This document shows positions 36,251 through 47,405 of a DNA stretch of 49,212 nt, piece after piece. This DNA comes from Syntrophobacterales bacterium. GTDB lineage: Bacteria; Desulfobacterota; Syntrophia; Syntrophales; CAMTWB01. The notes below the pieces were generated by a model. The model made no database searches and was not told the origin of the DNA. It saw only the letters and a program-made list of their open reading frames with translations. Location of the stretch: positions 1 through 49,212 of the forward strand of contig JBBIJM010000007.1 in NCBI GenBank assembly GCA_037445955.1, in the 5' to 3' direction. Made by a program: the position numbers and the translations under genes. Every line of letters starts with the position of its first letter. Position 1 is the first letter of the stretch.

Positions 36251-36634
36251 ATGAAAGGGAAAAAGATTTTATTAGTTGACGACGATATCGATCTGATCTC
36301 CGCCATTACCCTGGTGCTTACCAATAGCGGATATGAGGTAACATCCGCCTATAACGGCAAGGAAGGCTTCAAAAAAGCCCAGGCCGAGCAGCCTGATCTG
36401 ATTGTTCTTGATGTTATGATGTCCACCCATTCCGAGGGCTTCGATATAGCCAGGGATTTGAGAAAGGTTGAGGCAACGAAAAAGACGCCGATTATCTTGC
36501 TTACCTCGGTAAACACGACGGTGCCTTTCAAGTTCGAACCGGATGCAACATATCTTCCGGTTAATATTTTCCTCGAGAAGCCGGTAACTCCCGCTGATCT
36601 TCTTGTCCAGATCAAGAAGGTTCTGGGAGACTGA
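36251..36634 (+). CDS. Single-domain response regulator (receiver only)
   Basis: ILLVDDD, PDLIVLDVMM, LT and KP. Confidence 0.93.
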   Translation: MKGKKILLVDDDIDLISAITLVLTNSGYEVTSAYNGKEGFKKAQAEQPDLIVLDVMMSTHSEGFDIARDLRKVEATKKTPIILLTSVNTTVPFKFEPDATYLPVNIFLEKPVTPADLLVQIKKVLGD

Positions 36635-36704
36635 TCCGGCCGGCTTTTTCGCGGGGAGTTTTTTCCGCTATCGGAAATCAGTTCATTTATTTTACCTCAC
36701 CACC

Positions 36705-36738
36705 GGCCTGCCCCGCCGTCTTGGCGGGGCAGCCTTTA
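36705..36738 (+). terminator. GC-rich hairpin between receiver and hybrid kinase genes
   Basis: ctgccccgcc-gtctt-ggcggggcag perfect 10-bp stem with a short T3 tail. Confidence 0.5.
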
Positions 36739-36755
36739 GTATCAATTCAAAACGA

Positions 36756-38240
36756 ATGATGAATACAAATCCCGCGCCCCGGATACTTGTGGTCGATGAC
36801 GAACTGGGCATCAGGGAAGGATGTCGAAGGATCCTTTGCGCGGAAGGTTTCGAGGTTGACCTGGCCGAAGACGGCCTCGGCGGTTACGAGAAGCTCAAGG
36901 CCAACCGGGATTACGCGGCGGCCCTGATAGATTTGAAATTGCCGGGAATGAACGGACTTGAGCTGATAGAAGAGATCCGCAAGATCGATAATGATATAAC
37001 CCTTTTTATAATTACCGCCAACGCCACCATCGAAACCGCCGTAGAGGCGACTAAACGGGGCGCCTACAACTACATTCCCAAACCCTTCACCCCGGAGGAG
37101 TTGTTACTGGCCCTTCGCAACGGCCTGGAAAAAAGATCTCTTGCCCTGGAGGCAAGAAGGTCAAACGAACAGAGAGAAAAACAACTACTCGAGCTGGCCT
37201 TCGAGCGTTCCAAAAGCAAGTCGATCTTGAATTGTATGACCGACGGCGTGATCGTTGTCAATAGACAAAGGCAGATCGTCCTTAGAAATTCCGCCGCCTC
37301 GCGGATCATTACCGAACTGGCGGGATTCAACATGCCCGCTTCTCTGGATGAGGCAATCAAGAACCAGGATCTTAAGGAACTGCTCGTCGATATCCTTGAG
37401 ACAACCACGGACAATGTAATCAGAACCAAAGAGATCACCCTTGATAAAAGCACCTACATGGCAAACGCGACCCCTCTTTATAGTCTTGACCGGGAGAATC
37501 TGGGTGTAGTCACCGTCCTTAGGGATATAACCGCTCTTAAGAAACTGGAGATCGCCAAATCGATGTTTGTCTCGATGGTGGCCCATGAGGTGAAGAGACC
37601 TCTTACCTTCATAGAGAACAAACTGGCCTCTGTTTTTGAGAACATCAAAGACAACGAATTGGCCGAGGAGAAGGAAATCCTCTGCGGGGCCGTAAACCGC
37701 CTCAACCTCTTAAATACCATGGTCGATGAGTTGATATCCCTTGCCGCCATAGAAACGGGACAGTTTGCCCTAAAGCGCTCCTCTGTAAACATCGAACAGA
37801 TAATTGCCCAGGTATTGCAATCTGAAGAACATAATGCTAGGCTAAAAGATATCCACCTCTCGGTAAGGATTGATGAATCAATAAAAGGGGAGCAGGTCTT
37901 AGCCGACGGGAAGGCGATGGCGGTCGTCTTTGGGAATCTGGTCGATAACGCCATAAAGTATACCCCGACAGGAGGAAAGATTGAGGTAGGGATTGACAAC
38001 GGGGGGATTTACATAACGGTCTCGGTAAAAGATAACGGGATCGGGATGTCGGAAGATGAAAAGGAAAGGGTTTTTGAGGATTTTTACCGGGTTAAGAATG
38101 AATACACCGTCAACGTTCCGGGCACCGGTCTAGGTCTTAGTCTCGTAAAGCGCTTCATTGATCTTCACAATGGTAGAATCTCCGTCCAGAGTCAGCCCGG
38201 ACTGGGCTCGATTTTCAAGGTCAGTCTCCAGAAAATCTAA
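36756..38240 (+). CDS. Cytoplasmic hybrid histidine kinase (REC-PAS-HisKA-HATPase)
   Basis: ILVVDDE..DLKLP..KP, DGVIVVN PAS domain, VAHEVKRPL, NAIKY, DNGIG and GTGLGL. Confidence 0.92.
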   Translation: MMNTNPAPRILVVDDELGIREGCRRILCAEGFEVDLAEDGLGGYEKLKANRDYAAALIDLKLPGMNGLELIEEIRKIDNDITLFIITANATIETAVEATKRGAYNYIPKPFTPEELLLALRNGLEKRSLALEARRSNEQREKQLLELAFERSKSKSILNCMTDGVIVVNRQRQIVLRNSAASRIITELAGFNMPASLDEAIKNQDLKELLVDILETTTDNVIRTKEITLDKSTYMANATPLYSLDRENLGVVTVLRDITALKKLEIAKSMFVSMVAHEVKRPLTFIENKLASVFENIKDNELAEEKEILCGAVNRLNLLNTMVDELISLAAIETGQFALKRSSVNIEQIIAQVLQSEEHNARLKDIHLSVRIDESIKGEQVLADGKAMAVVFGNLVDNAIKYTPTGGKIEVGIDNGGIYITVSVKDNGIGMSEDEKERVFEDFYRVKNEYTVNVPGTGLGLSLVKRFIDLHNGRISVQSQPGLGSIFKVSLQKI

Positions 38241-38301
38241 AAGTGAAACCCTTTAAAAAGCCGGGTTGATTTACCGGATATGTAATATCAAAAGGATTAA
38301 T

Positions 38302-39720
38302 ATGACCGCATATCAAGATTTTATAGATGACTCTTACATCGAAGGATTAATCCGGGCAAAACAGCCGGAACCCGGTGAATTGAAGGAGATTCTGGCGAAG
38401 GCAAAACTCAAGAGAGGTCTTTGTCCGGAAGATACGGCCAGGCTCTGCAATCTCCAGAGCCCCGATCTGCTCGAGGAGCTCTTTGAAACGGCAAGAAGCA
38501 TAAAGAAAGATATCTACGGTAACCGGATCGTCTTTTTCGCCCCTCTCTACGTGAACAACTTTTGCGAAAATAACTGTTCTTATTGCGCCTTTCGGGAGTC
38601 CAATACGCTGGTGGCGCGCCATAGCCTCTCCGATTGCGAGCTCGTAGAGGAGGTAAAACTTATCCAGAAGCAGGGGCATAAACGGATCATCCTGGTTTTC
38701 GGAGAATCTCCCCTTTCCCCCGCCCAAGTCATTTCGGAGACCGTTAGGAAGGTTTACGAAATCAAGACCTATAACGAGACGGGAACGGAAATAGGAAGCA
38801 TCAGGAGGATCAACATCAATGCGGCACCTCTGGATGTGGAGGATTACCGAATAGTCAAGTCTGCCGGGATCGGCACCTTTCAGGTATTCCAGGAAACATA
38901 CCATAAAGAGACCTACAGAAAGGTTCATCCCAAAAACACCAGGAAAGGTGACTATCACCGCCGGCTTTTTTCCCTCCATACCGCTCAGGAGGGCGGAATC
39001 GACGATGTAGGGATCGGGGCACTTTTCGGCCTTTATGACTGGCGTTTTGAAGTGGTCTCGCTCATCTGCCATGCCAGGTCTTTGGAAGAACACTTCGGGG
39101 TCGGACCGCATACCATTTCCTTTCCCCGGATCGAGCCGGCCTTCAATACGGCCTTTGTCAACCACATGCCCTTCAAGGTAAGTGATGATGATTTCAAGAA
39201 GATCATCGCCATCATAAGGCTTGCCGTTCCTTACACCGGGCTTATCCTGACCTGCCGGGAAACCGCTGAGGTGAGAAACGAGGTGATCAAGCTCGGGGTA
39301 TCCCAGATAGACGCCGGCTCCAGGATAGGGATCGGCGGTTACACCGAGGCGGCAAAGAGGCAGAGATCGGCCGATAAGGAACAGTTTCGGCTCGGAGACG
39401 ACCGCTCTTTAAACGAGGTAATAGACGGCCTGCTTGCGGAAGAATATATCCCTTCTTTCTGTACCGCCTGCTACCGTCTGGGTCGAACGGGAGAACATTT
39501 CATGGAGCAGGCCAAACCGGGCTTCATCAAGAGCTTTTGCGAACCGAATGCGATGCTTACCTTTTATGAGTACCTGCTTGATTATGCCCCCGCCGAAACC
39601 GTAAGAAAAGGAGAGGAGTTGATTAATCGCCTGCTTCCCGGGCTCGAAGAACGGATCATGGAGACGACCAGACAAAGACTGGCCGAACTTAAAAACGGCC
39701 GCCGGGACCTGTATCTGTAA
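38302..39720 (+). CDS. hydG: [FeFe]-hydrogenase maturase, radical SAM
   Basis: FAPLY..N.CENNCSYC, FQETYH, GPHTISFPR and C-terminal CTAC...C auxiliary cluster motif. Confidence 0.95.
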   Translation: MTAYQDFIDDSYIEGLIRAKQPEPGELKEILAKAKLKRGLCPEDTARLCNLQSPDLLEELFETARSIKKDIYGNRIVFFAPLYVNNFCENNCSYCAFRESNTLVARHSLSDCELVEEVKLIQKQGHKRIILVFGESPLSPAQVISETVRKVYEIKTYNETGTEIGSIRRININAAPLDVEDYRIVKSAGIGTFQVFQETYHKETYRKVHPKNTRKGDYHRRLFSLHTAQEGGIDDVGIGALFGLYDWRFEVVSLICHARSLEEHFGVGPHTISFPRIEPAFNTAFVNHMPFKVSDDDFKKIIAIIRLAVPYTGLILTCRETAEVRNEVIKLGVSQIDAGSRIGIGGYTEAAKRQRSADKEQFRLGDDRSLNEVIDGLLAEEYIPSFCTACYRLGRTGEHFMEQAKPGFIKSFCEPNAMLTFYEYLLDYAPAETVRKGEELINRLLPGLEERIMETTRQRLAELKNGRRDLYL

Positions 39721-39992
39721 GGTGAGAACAAGGGCGGATACAGCATGGAGAGCCTTGAGGCTTCGCTTTGCGAAATGATAATATTTAAGGTTTTCGTATA
39801 ATTGAGGGTTGTCGCCCGTTTCTTACCGCGGGCGCCTTCCTGGTCTTTTGGACCAGGCGCAATAAACGGGTCGTTCAAAAGCTTCGCTCTGAGGACGGGA
39901 TATCGGGCAATAATTTGATCATCCTGTCCCTATGATTACCCAGATTACCGCTGTTCCCTAAACTCCCACCCCGCCTGCCGCCTAATTTATTA

Positions 39993-40021
39993 TTGACACA
40001 AAATCCCGTCCGTGTTAGGTA
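39993..40021 (+). promoter_or_regulatory. Putative sigma70 promoter of glyQS
   Basis: Perfect TTGACA, 17-bp spacer ending TGT, weak -10 TAGGTA. Confidence 0.45.
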
Positions 40022-40073
40022 ACCGCACAATTCTGCAAGGGAAAATAACAATATCCACCCAAAGGAGCGAAAT

Positions 40074-40957
<884 letters not shown>

Positions 40958-40958
<1 letters not shown>

Positions 40959-43030
40959 TGGCTAAAGAACTGCTGATGGAAATCGGCACCGAAGAGATAC
41001 CGGCGGCATTCCTCCCCCGGGTGATCGAAGACCTGGCCGATTTGGCGGCGAAGGAACTCTCCGAAGGCAGGCTTTCTTACGGGGAAATAAAAACCTTCGC
41101 TACCCCCAGAAGGCTGGCCCTCATCGTTACCGACCTAAACGAAAGGCAGGAAACCCAGATCGTAAAGAAGACCGGCCCGGCAACAAGGGTGGCCTGGGAT
41201 AAAGAGGGGCATTTCACCCCCGCCGCCCTGGGTTTTGCCCGGAGTCAGGGCGTGGAACCTGCCGATCTTAAAGTGGTGAGCACCGATAAGGGGGACTATC
41301 TGGCCTTCGAAAAGGAAATCCCGGGGGAGGAAACCGCCAGACTGCTTCCGGCGCTTCTTCCCCGGCTCATACTGGCCCTTCCCTTTCGCAAATCAATGCG
41401 CTGGGGCTATTCGGAAATCCGTTTTGCCCGACCGATCCACTGGCTGCTCGCCCTTTACGGCGGGGAAACAATACCGTTTGTCATAGACGGAATCACAAGC
41501 GGCAGCTCCTCTCAGGGCCATCGCTTCCTGAGCCCGGCCCCTTTTTCCGTCCGGAACTTTGCCCACTATTTGAAAGAGACGAAAGCCAGATTCGTTGTTG
41601 TTGATCCGGAAGAAAGAAGGAAAATCATAAGCGACGGGGTAACGAAAGAGGCGGCGAAGGTAAACGGGAAGGCCCTGGTTGATCCTGATCTGCTTTCTCA
41701 GGTGGTCTTTCTCACCGAATATCCCGAGGTTCTCTGCGGCCAATTCGAGGAAGAATTCCTCGACCTTCCCCGGGAGGTCCTGGCCACGGTCATGATGTCT
41801 CACCAGAAGTATTTTCCCATCGTATCAGAGTCCGGGGACCTCCTGCCCTATTTTCTCACCGTCACCAATACGCCCGCCCGGGACCGGCAAGTGGTGAGAA
41901 GGGGAAACGAAAAGGTAATTCGGGCCAGGCTCGCCGATGCCCGGTTCTTTTTTAAGGAAGATCAGAAAATCCCTCTGGAGGCGCGCCTGCCCGGTCTTGG
42001 TCATGTGGTCTTTCACGCCCTCCTGGGATCGGTTGCCGATAAGGTCGCCCGCCTTCAGGCCCTCTCGTTATATCTTACGGAAATTCTAAATCCGGATTTA
42101 GCGCCGATCTGTGAGCGGGCCGCCGTTTTGGCCAAGGCCGATCTCCTCACCCAGATGGTCGGCGAGTTACCCGAACTTCAGGGGATCATGGGGCGGGAAT
42201 ACGCCCTGCGCTCAGGCGAGGATTCCCGGGTGGCAAGGGCCATTTACGAGCATTATCTCCCCGTCGCCTCGGGAGGCGAGCTTCCCGCAAGCGACGCCGG
42301 GGCGATCTTAAGCATCGCCGACAAGATAGACTCGATCGTCGGTTTTTTCTCCGTCAAGCTGCCCCCGACGGGCACCGCCGATCCCTATGCCTTAAGGAGA
42401 CAGGCCCTGGGGATCATCAACATTATCCTCGAGAGGAAATATCCCCTCGACCTTGACGAACTGATCGACCGGACCCTTTCGAACCTGGCGGGCTGCCGCA
42501 AGGGCTCCCCGGAGGAGATAAAAGGGGAAGTACTCGAATTCTTCCGGGGCCGCCTCTCAAACCAGCTGATTGCCCAGGGGTACTCTGCCGACGGGGTGGA
42601 GGCGGTGGCCTGTTTGGGCATCCACCGGATCCTCTCCGCGGTAAATAAGATCGAAGCCCTGGCACAATTCAGGAGGCGGAACGATTTTGCCGACCTGGTG
42701 GCGACCTTCAAACGGGTAGAGAATATAATCAAAGGGATGAAGACGAATCAGGAGGCAGATCCAACCATTTTCCGTCAGTACGAGGAAAAGGAGTTGCACC
42801 GCTTGTTGCTTAGAATAAAAGGGAACATCGCCCGCCTCCTTGCGAAGGAGGAATATCTGTCCTGTCTGGTCGAGCTTGCCTCCCTGAAGAAGCCGGTGGA
42901 TGCTTTTTTCGATGCCGTTTTGGTGATGGCCAAGGAGGAGGAGGTTAGGGGCAATAGGCTCGCCCTCCTTACGGAAATATCCTGTCTCATCTCCTCCTTA
43001 GCTGACTTCTCAAGAATCCAGACCTCCTAG
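40958..43030 (+). CDS. glyS: Glycine--tRNA ligase beta subunit
   Basis: EIGTEEIP, TPRRLA, HQKYF, ARLADARFF and DPYALRR; TAATG coupling with glyQ. Confidence 0.98.
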
Positions 43031-43126
43031 ACCGGGGTCGGAGGAAGGGGAAACCGGTCAATTCAAAGGGCTTTTCGGACGGCCTTGGCGTGGCCGGCAA
43101 CATTGCGATCCCTGGGCGCAATGGTC

Positions 43127-43179
43127 AAAAATAAGACCACAAGCGGCTATGCAGGCTACGGCACCGCTTGTGGTCTTAT
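43127..43179 (-). terminator. Rho-independent terminator for hppA (possibly bidirectional)
   Basis: Perfect 16-bp stem ataagaccacaagcgg/ccgcttgtggtcttat followed by a T run on the minus strand. Confidence 0.75.
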
Positions 43180-43200
43180 GCCCTCCGGAGATCAATCCCC

Positions 43201-45642
43201 CTATTCCTCCATAATCCTCATCCGGTAGAAGGAGCGGTAAACGAAGAGCAAGGCAATGGCCAGGAAGATTACCCCCAGCCCCATCTTCAAGGTGGCGTTC
43301 TGCATGGTTACCGCTATCTCCACCGCCAGCAACCCGAACAAGGTGGTAAACTTGATGACCGGATTTAGCGAAACCGAAGAGGTGTCCTTATAGGGATCGC
43401 CTACCGTGTCACCCACCACCGTCGCTTCGTGCAGCGGGGTGTTCTTCTCTTTCAAATCGACCTCGACGATCTTCTTGGCGTTATCCCAGGCCCCGCCGGC
43501 ATTGGCCATGAAGACGGCCTGGAAAAGGCCGAAGAAGGCGATGGCGATCAGATAACCGATGAAGAAATAGGGGTTGAAGAAGGAAAGGGCCAGGGCCAGG
43601 AAGAAAATCACCACAAATATATTGATCATCCCCTTCTGGGCATAGATGGTGCAAATCCTAACCACCTCTTTGCTGTCGGCGATGGAAGCCTCCCGGGAGG
43701 AGAGGTCGATGTTTTTCTTGATAAAGACCACCGCCCGGTAGGCGCCGGTAACAACAGCCTGGATGGAGGCGCCGGAGAACCAGTAGATGACACAGCCGCC
43801 CATCATCAGACCCAGGATCACCTCCGGCTGAACGAGGCTCAGCTTGCCGATGACATCTCCATAGATATGCTCAAGGAGCATGATGATCCCGAACACCATC
43901 GTCGTCGCCCCGACTACCGCGGTGCCGATCAAAACCGGCTTGGCGGTCGCCTTGAAAGTGTTTCCCGCCCCGTCGGCTGCCTCGAGGTAGTGCTTCGAGG
44001 TTTCGAAATCAGGGATAAAACCGAATCCTTTCTTGATGTCTTCCTTTATCCCGGAGATCTTTTCGATGAGCGAAAGTTCGTAAATCGATTGGGCGTTGTC
44101 CGAAACCGGTCCGAAGCTGTCCACGGCGATGGTAACCGGCCCCATACCGAGAAAACCGAAGGCCACCAGCCCAAAGGCGAAAACCGGGGTGGCAAAGACA
44201 TATTCCTCAGGCATAATCGCCAGGATCGCGGGATTTTTCGAGACCAGATAGGCCACGAGCATGAGGAAAAGGATGGCAAGTCCCTGCCAGAAGGCGGAAA
44301 AGTTGCCGGCGACCAGACCTGAAAGGATATTCAGCGAGGCCCCACCCTGACGGGAAGAATTGACCACCTCACTTACGTGTCTGGAATTGGTGCTGGTAAA
44401 TACCTTCGTAAATTCCGGGATCAAGGCCCCGGCAATGGTTCCGCAACTGATGATAATCGAAAGGGCCCACCAGAGAGAACCGAAAACCTCCGTCGGCTCG
44501 AGTCCGGCAAGCAGGAGATAGCTGGCGCCAAAGGTCACCAGGATTGATATGGTCGAGGTCAGCCAGATGAGGCTGGTCAAGGGATGTTCAAAATTGAAGT
44601 CCTTGGCCTCTCCATAGAGCCTGGTGCTGGCGGCGTGATTGACGAAATAGGAGATGATGGCCGTCACTATCATCAGGATCCTCATGACGAAGAGCCAGAT
44701 GATCAAGGTTGCGCACATCGCCGGGGTGGTAAACAGGGCCAGGGCGAGAAAGGCGATCAGCGCTACCCCGGTTACTCCGTAGGTTTCAAATCCGTCCGCC
44801 GTCGGTCCTACGCTGTCACCGGCATTGTCCCCGGTGCAGTCGGCGATGACCCCGGGATTTCGGGGATCGTCCTCAGGCAGTTTAAATACGATCTTCATGA
44901 GATCCGACCCGATGTCGGCGATCTTGGTAAAGATCCCGCCGCAGATTCTAAGGGCGCTCGCCCCGAGAGATTCGCCGATGGCAAAACCGATGAAGGACGG
45001 CCCCACCAGATCCTGGGGGAGAAATACCAGGATGCAGATCATGAAGAAGAGCTCGACGCTGACCAGAAGCAGGCCCACGCTCATGCCCGATCTCAGGCAG
45101 ATATCCACTATACCCAGCGGCCTGGCCCTGAGCGAAGCGAAGGCCGCCCGGGAATTCGCCACCGTATTTATACGGATGCCGAACCAGGCAACGCCGTAGG
45201 ATCCTAAAATCCCCAGGACCGAAGACAGGAGGATAATAGAAACGCTCCCTAAGGATTTGCTCTGAAGGCCGTAGAAGTAATAAATGATACAAACGGCGAT
45301 GAGCACCCATAAGGCGAAGAGAAATTTCCCCTGCTGGAGGAGATAGGTTTTACACGTCTCCCAGATGGTGTTGGAGACGTTCAACATTGAAGAATGGGCG
45401 GGCAGGTTTTTGGTCTGATAATACTGGATCATTCCGAAGCCCATGCCGATGGCGCAGATCACAAGTCCCCAGTACATCAGCGAAAGCCCGCTTACCGCGC
45501 TTCCTAATACAATAAAGGAGACACCCGCAAGATCGGGAACCTTGATATCCGCCTCCCCGGCCAGTGCACCTGCGGCCAGGATTGACGGTACTACAACCGA
45601 GACAAAAAATAACAACCCAACACGCCTAATTAGTTTTTCCAT
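43201..45642 (-). CDS. hppA: Membrane-bound ion-translocating pyrophosphatase (long, divergent type)
   Basis: GGIFTKIADIGSDL, PEDDPRNPGVIADCTGDNAG, GPVSDNA, GNTFKA, GGAWDNAKK and GDTVGDPYKDT. Confidence 0.95.
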   Translation of the reverse strand: MEKLIRRVGLLFFVSVVVPSILAAGALAGEADIKVPDLAGVSFIVLGSAVSGLSLMYWGLVICAIGMGFGMIQYYQTKNLPAHSSMLNVSNTIWETCKTYLLQQGKFLFALWVLIAVCIIYYFYGLQSKSLGSVSIILLSSVLGILGSYGVAWFGIRINTVANSRAAFASLRARPLGIVDICLRSGMSVGLLLVSVELFFMICILVFLPQDLVGPSFIGFAIGESLGASALRICGGIFTKIADIGSDLMKIVFKLPEDDPRNPGVIADCTGDNAGDSVGPTADGFETYGVTGVALIAFLALALFTTPAMCATLIIWLFVMRILMIVTAIISYFVNHAASTRLYGEAKDFNFEHPLTSLIWLTSTISILVTFGASYLLLAGLEPTEVFGSLWWALSIIISCGTIAGALIPEFTKVFTSTNSRHVSEVVNSSRQGGASLNILSGLVAGNFSAFWQGLAILFLMLVAYLVSKNPAILAIMPEEYVFATPVFAFGLVAFGFLGMGPVTIAVDSFGPVSDNAQSIYELSLIEKISGIKEDIKKGFGFIPDFETSKHYLEAADGAGNTFKATAKPVLIGTAVVGATTMVFGIIMLLEHIYGDVIGKLSLVQPEVILGLMMGGCVIYWFSGASIQAVVTGAYRAVVFIKKNIDLSSREASIADSKEVVRICTIYAQKGMINIFVVIFFLALALSFFNPYFFIGYLIAIAFFGLFQAVFMANAGGAWDNAKKIVEVDLKEKNTPLHEATVVGDTVGDPYKDTSSVSLNPVIKFTTLFGLLAVEIAVTMQNATLKMGLGVIFLAIALLFVYRSFYRMRIMEE

Positions 45643-46234
45643 TCATACCTCCTTCAGGTTCTATTGCACGTTTGCCTTGGTGATGTCTGGCCATCGATTT
45701 ACCAATTCCTAAAGTGAGCAGGTCGGCAATCACTTCACCTGCCCGCTTCAGCAGTCCCGGCAACGACTCCCTCTCTGCAGACGTGAAAGGCGAAAGGACA
45801 TAATCTTCCGCCCTGGTACCGGCCTGAGGCCGGCCAATTCCGATCCTCACCCGGGGAAAATCTGATGTGCCCAAGGATTCGGCAAGGGAAAGGAGTCCCT
45901 TATGGCCGCCGTGTCCACCGCTTTTTTTAAGCCGGATGGCATTGAAGGGAATATCCAGGTCATCATGGACGACTATCATGTCTCCGGGAGGAATGTCGAA
46001 ATATCGAGCTATTTCACCTACCGAAGCCCCGCTTAGATTCATATAGGTTTGGGGTTTGGCCAAGACGACCCTGATTGCCTCGATCGACCCGCCTCCGGTG
46101 AGGGAATCAAATAACATCTTCTTAAGCGGGATATTGAATCTGGTCGAAACCTCGTCGATCACCAGGAAACCCGCATTGTGCCGGCTGAGACGGTAACGTT
46201 CTCCCGGATTCCCCAGCCCCACTACCAGTTTCAA
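45626..46234 (-). CDS. pth: Peptidyl-tRNA hydrolase
   Basis: VGLGNPG, RHNAGF, KPQTYMNLSG, HDDLD, GGHKG and RIGIGRP. Confidence 0.97.
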   Translation of the reverse strand: MKLVVGLGNPGERYRLSRHNAGFLVIDEVSTRFNIPLKKMLFDSLTGGGSIEAIRVVLAKPQTYMNLSGASVGEIARYFDIPPGDMIVVHDDLDIPFNAIRLKKSGGHGGHKGLLSLAESLGTSDFPRVRIGIGRPQAGTRAEDYVLSPFTSAERESLPGLLKRAGEVIADLLTLGIGKSMARHHQGKRAIEPEGGMNGKTN

Positions 46235-46296
46235 AAATACCTCATCATTATTACAGCATTACAGCAATCGATTTATTGGCAGCATCTCATCCTAGC

Positions 46297-47238
46297 TCAG
46301 ACAAAAAGGGAGCTTACCGAGTCGTTGTAGTAAATCCTCTTCACCGCCTCGCTCAAAAGACCGGCAACGGAAAGAACCTTGATCCGGCCGCACCGGGCGG
46401 CCTTTTCGCCTAAGGGAATGGTGTCGGCGACAATGACCTCAAGGAGATTGGAATTCTCTATCCTCTCCACCGCCGGCCCCGAAAGCACCGGATGGGTACA
46501 GCAGGCGGAGACCTCTTTCGCCCCCGCCGCCTTCAGGGCATCCGCCGCCTGAACTATGGTTCCCGCGGTGTCGATCATGTCGTCAAGGAGGATGACGCTC
46601 TTATCCTTCACGTTGCCGATGATGTTCATCACCTGGGCCTCGTTGGGCTTCAATCTCCTTTTATCTATAATGGCAAGCCCGGCCCCGAGCCGACTGGCAA
46701 AGGCCCTGGCCCTCTCTACGCCTCCGGTATCCGGGGACACTATGACCAGGTTATCCCGGTAATGGCTCTTTAGGTACTCCATCAAAACCGGCGTGGCAAA
46801 GAGGTTATCCACGGGGATATTGAAGAACCCCTGGATCTGGCCGGCATGGAGATCCATGGAAAGGACCCGGCTCGCCCCGGCGGTGGTGATGAGATCGGCG
46901 AGAAGTTTGGCGGTGATCGGCGCCCGGGGGGTCACTTTCCTGTCCTGCCTCGCGTAGCCGTAATAGGGTATCACCGCGGTAATCCGATCGGCGGAGGCCC
47001 TCTTTAAGGCGTCTATCATGATGAGAAGTTCCATCACCGTGACATTGACCGGAGTACAGGTGGACTGGATAATGAAGACGTCCATCCCCCGGACATTCTC
47101 ATTTATCTCCACCCGGGTTTCCCCGTCGCTGAAGGCGGTCACGTTTGCCCTTCCCAGGGGAATCCCCAGCTTGTCGCAGATATTCTTGGCCAGGACAGCG
47201 CTGGCATTCCCTGAAAAGATCCTTATCCTCTCCAGCAT
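46297..47238 (-). CDS. prs: Ribose-phosphate pyrophosphokinase
   Basis: [27 protein letters not shown] and [12 protein letters not shown] 47238 has a GAGGT RBS. Confidence 0.98.
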   Translation of the reverse strand: MLERIRIFSGNASAVLAKNICDKLGIPLGRANVTAFSDGETRVEINENVRGMDVFIIQSTCTPVNVTVMELLIMIDALKRASADRITAVIPYYGYARQDRKVTPRAPITAKLLADLITTAGASRVLSMDLHAGQIQGFFNIPVDNLFATPVLMEYLKSHYRDNLVIVSPDTGGVERARAFASRLGAGLAIIDKRRLKPNEAQVMNIIGNVKDKSVILLDDMIDTAGTIVQAADALKAAGAKEVSACCTHPVLSGPAVERIENSNLLEVIVADTIPLGEKAARCGRIKVLSVAGLLSEAVKRIYYNDSVSSLFV

Positions 47239-47254
47239 AACCTCACCGTGCTTC

Positions 47255-47329
47255 TGGCTGGGGCGGGAGGATTCGAACCTCCGCATGCAAGAACCAAAAT
47301 CTTGTGTCTTACCGCTTGACGACGCCCCA
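47255..47329 (-). tRNA. tRNA-Gln(TTG)
   Basis: Reverse complement TGGGGCGTCGTCAAGCGGTAAGACACAAGATT-TTG-GTTCTTGCATGCGGAGGTTCGAATCCTCCCGCCCCAGCCA; ispE-tRNA-Gln-prs synteny. Confidence 0.97.
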
Positions 47330-47405
47330 GTTTAATTATGACATTGTGAACTTTGAAAAACTGCTGATTTTGTCATTCAGACCGTTCTTAAAGTATCCTG
47401 TCCCC

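Noticed and set aside
23676-39985. Hydrogenase region as an island integrated at tRNA-Arg
   Set aside because: No integrase is present. The best att-like match (actcccaccccgcctgccg near 39962) is only 13/19 identical to the tRNA 3' end, which is compatible with chance.
39721-40073. T-box or other leader RNA upstream of glyQS; weak ggacgggat/atcctgtcc hairpin
   Set aside because: No T-box GGTGGNACCGCG antiterminator motif is present. The likely promoter leaves only a ~45-nt leader, and the hairpin is weak.
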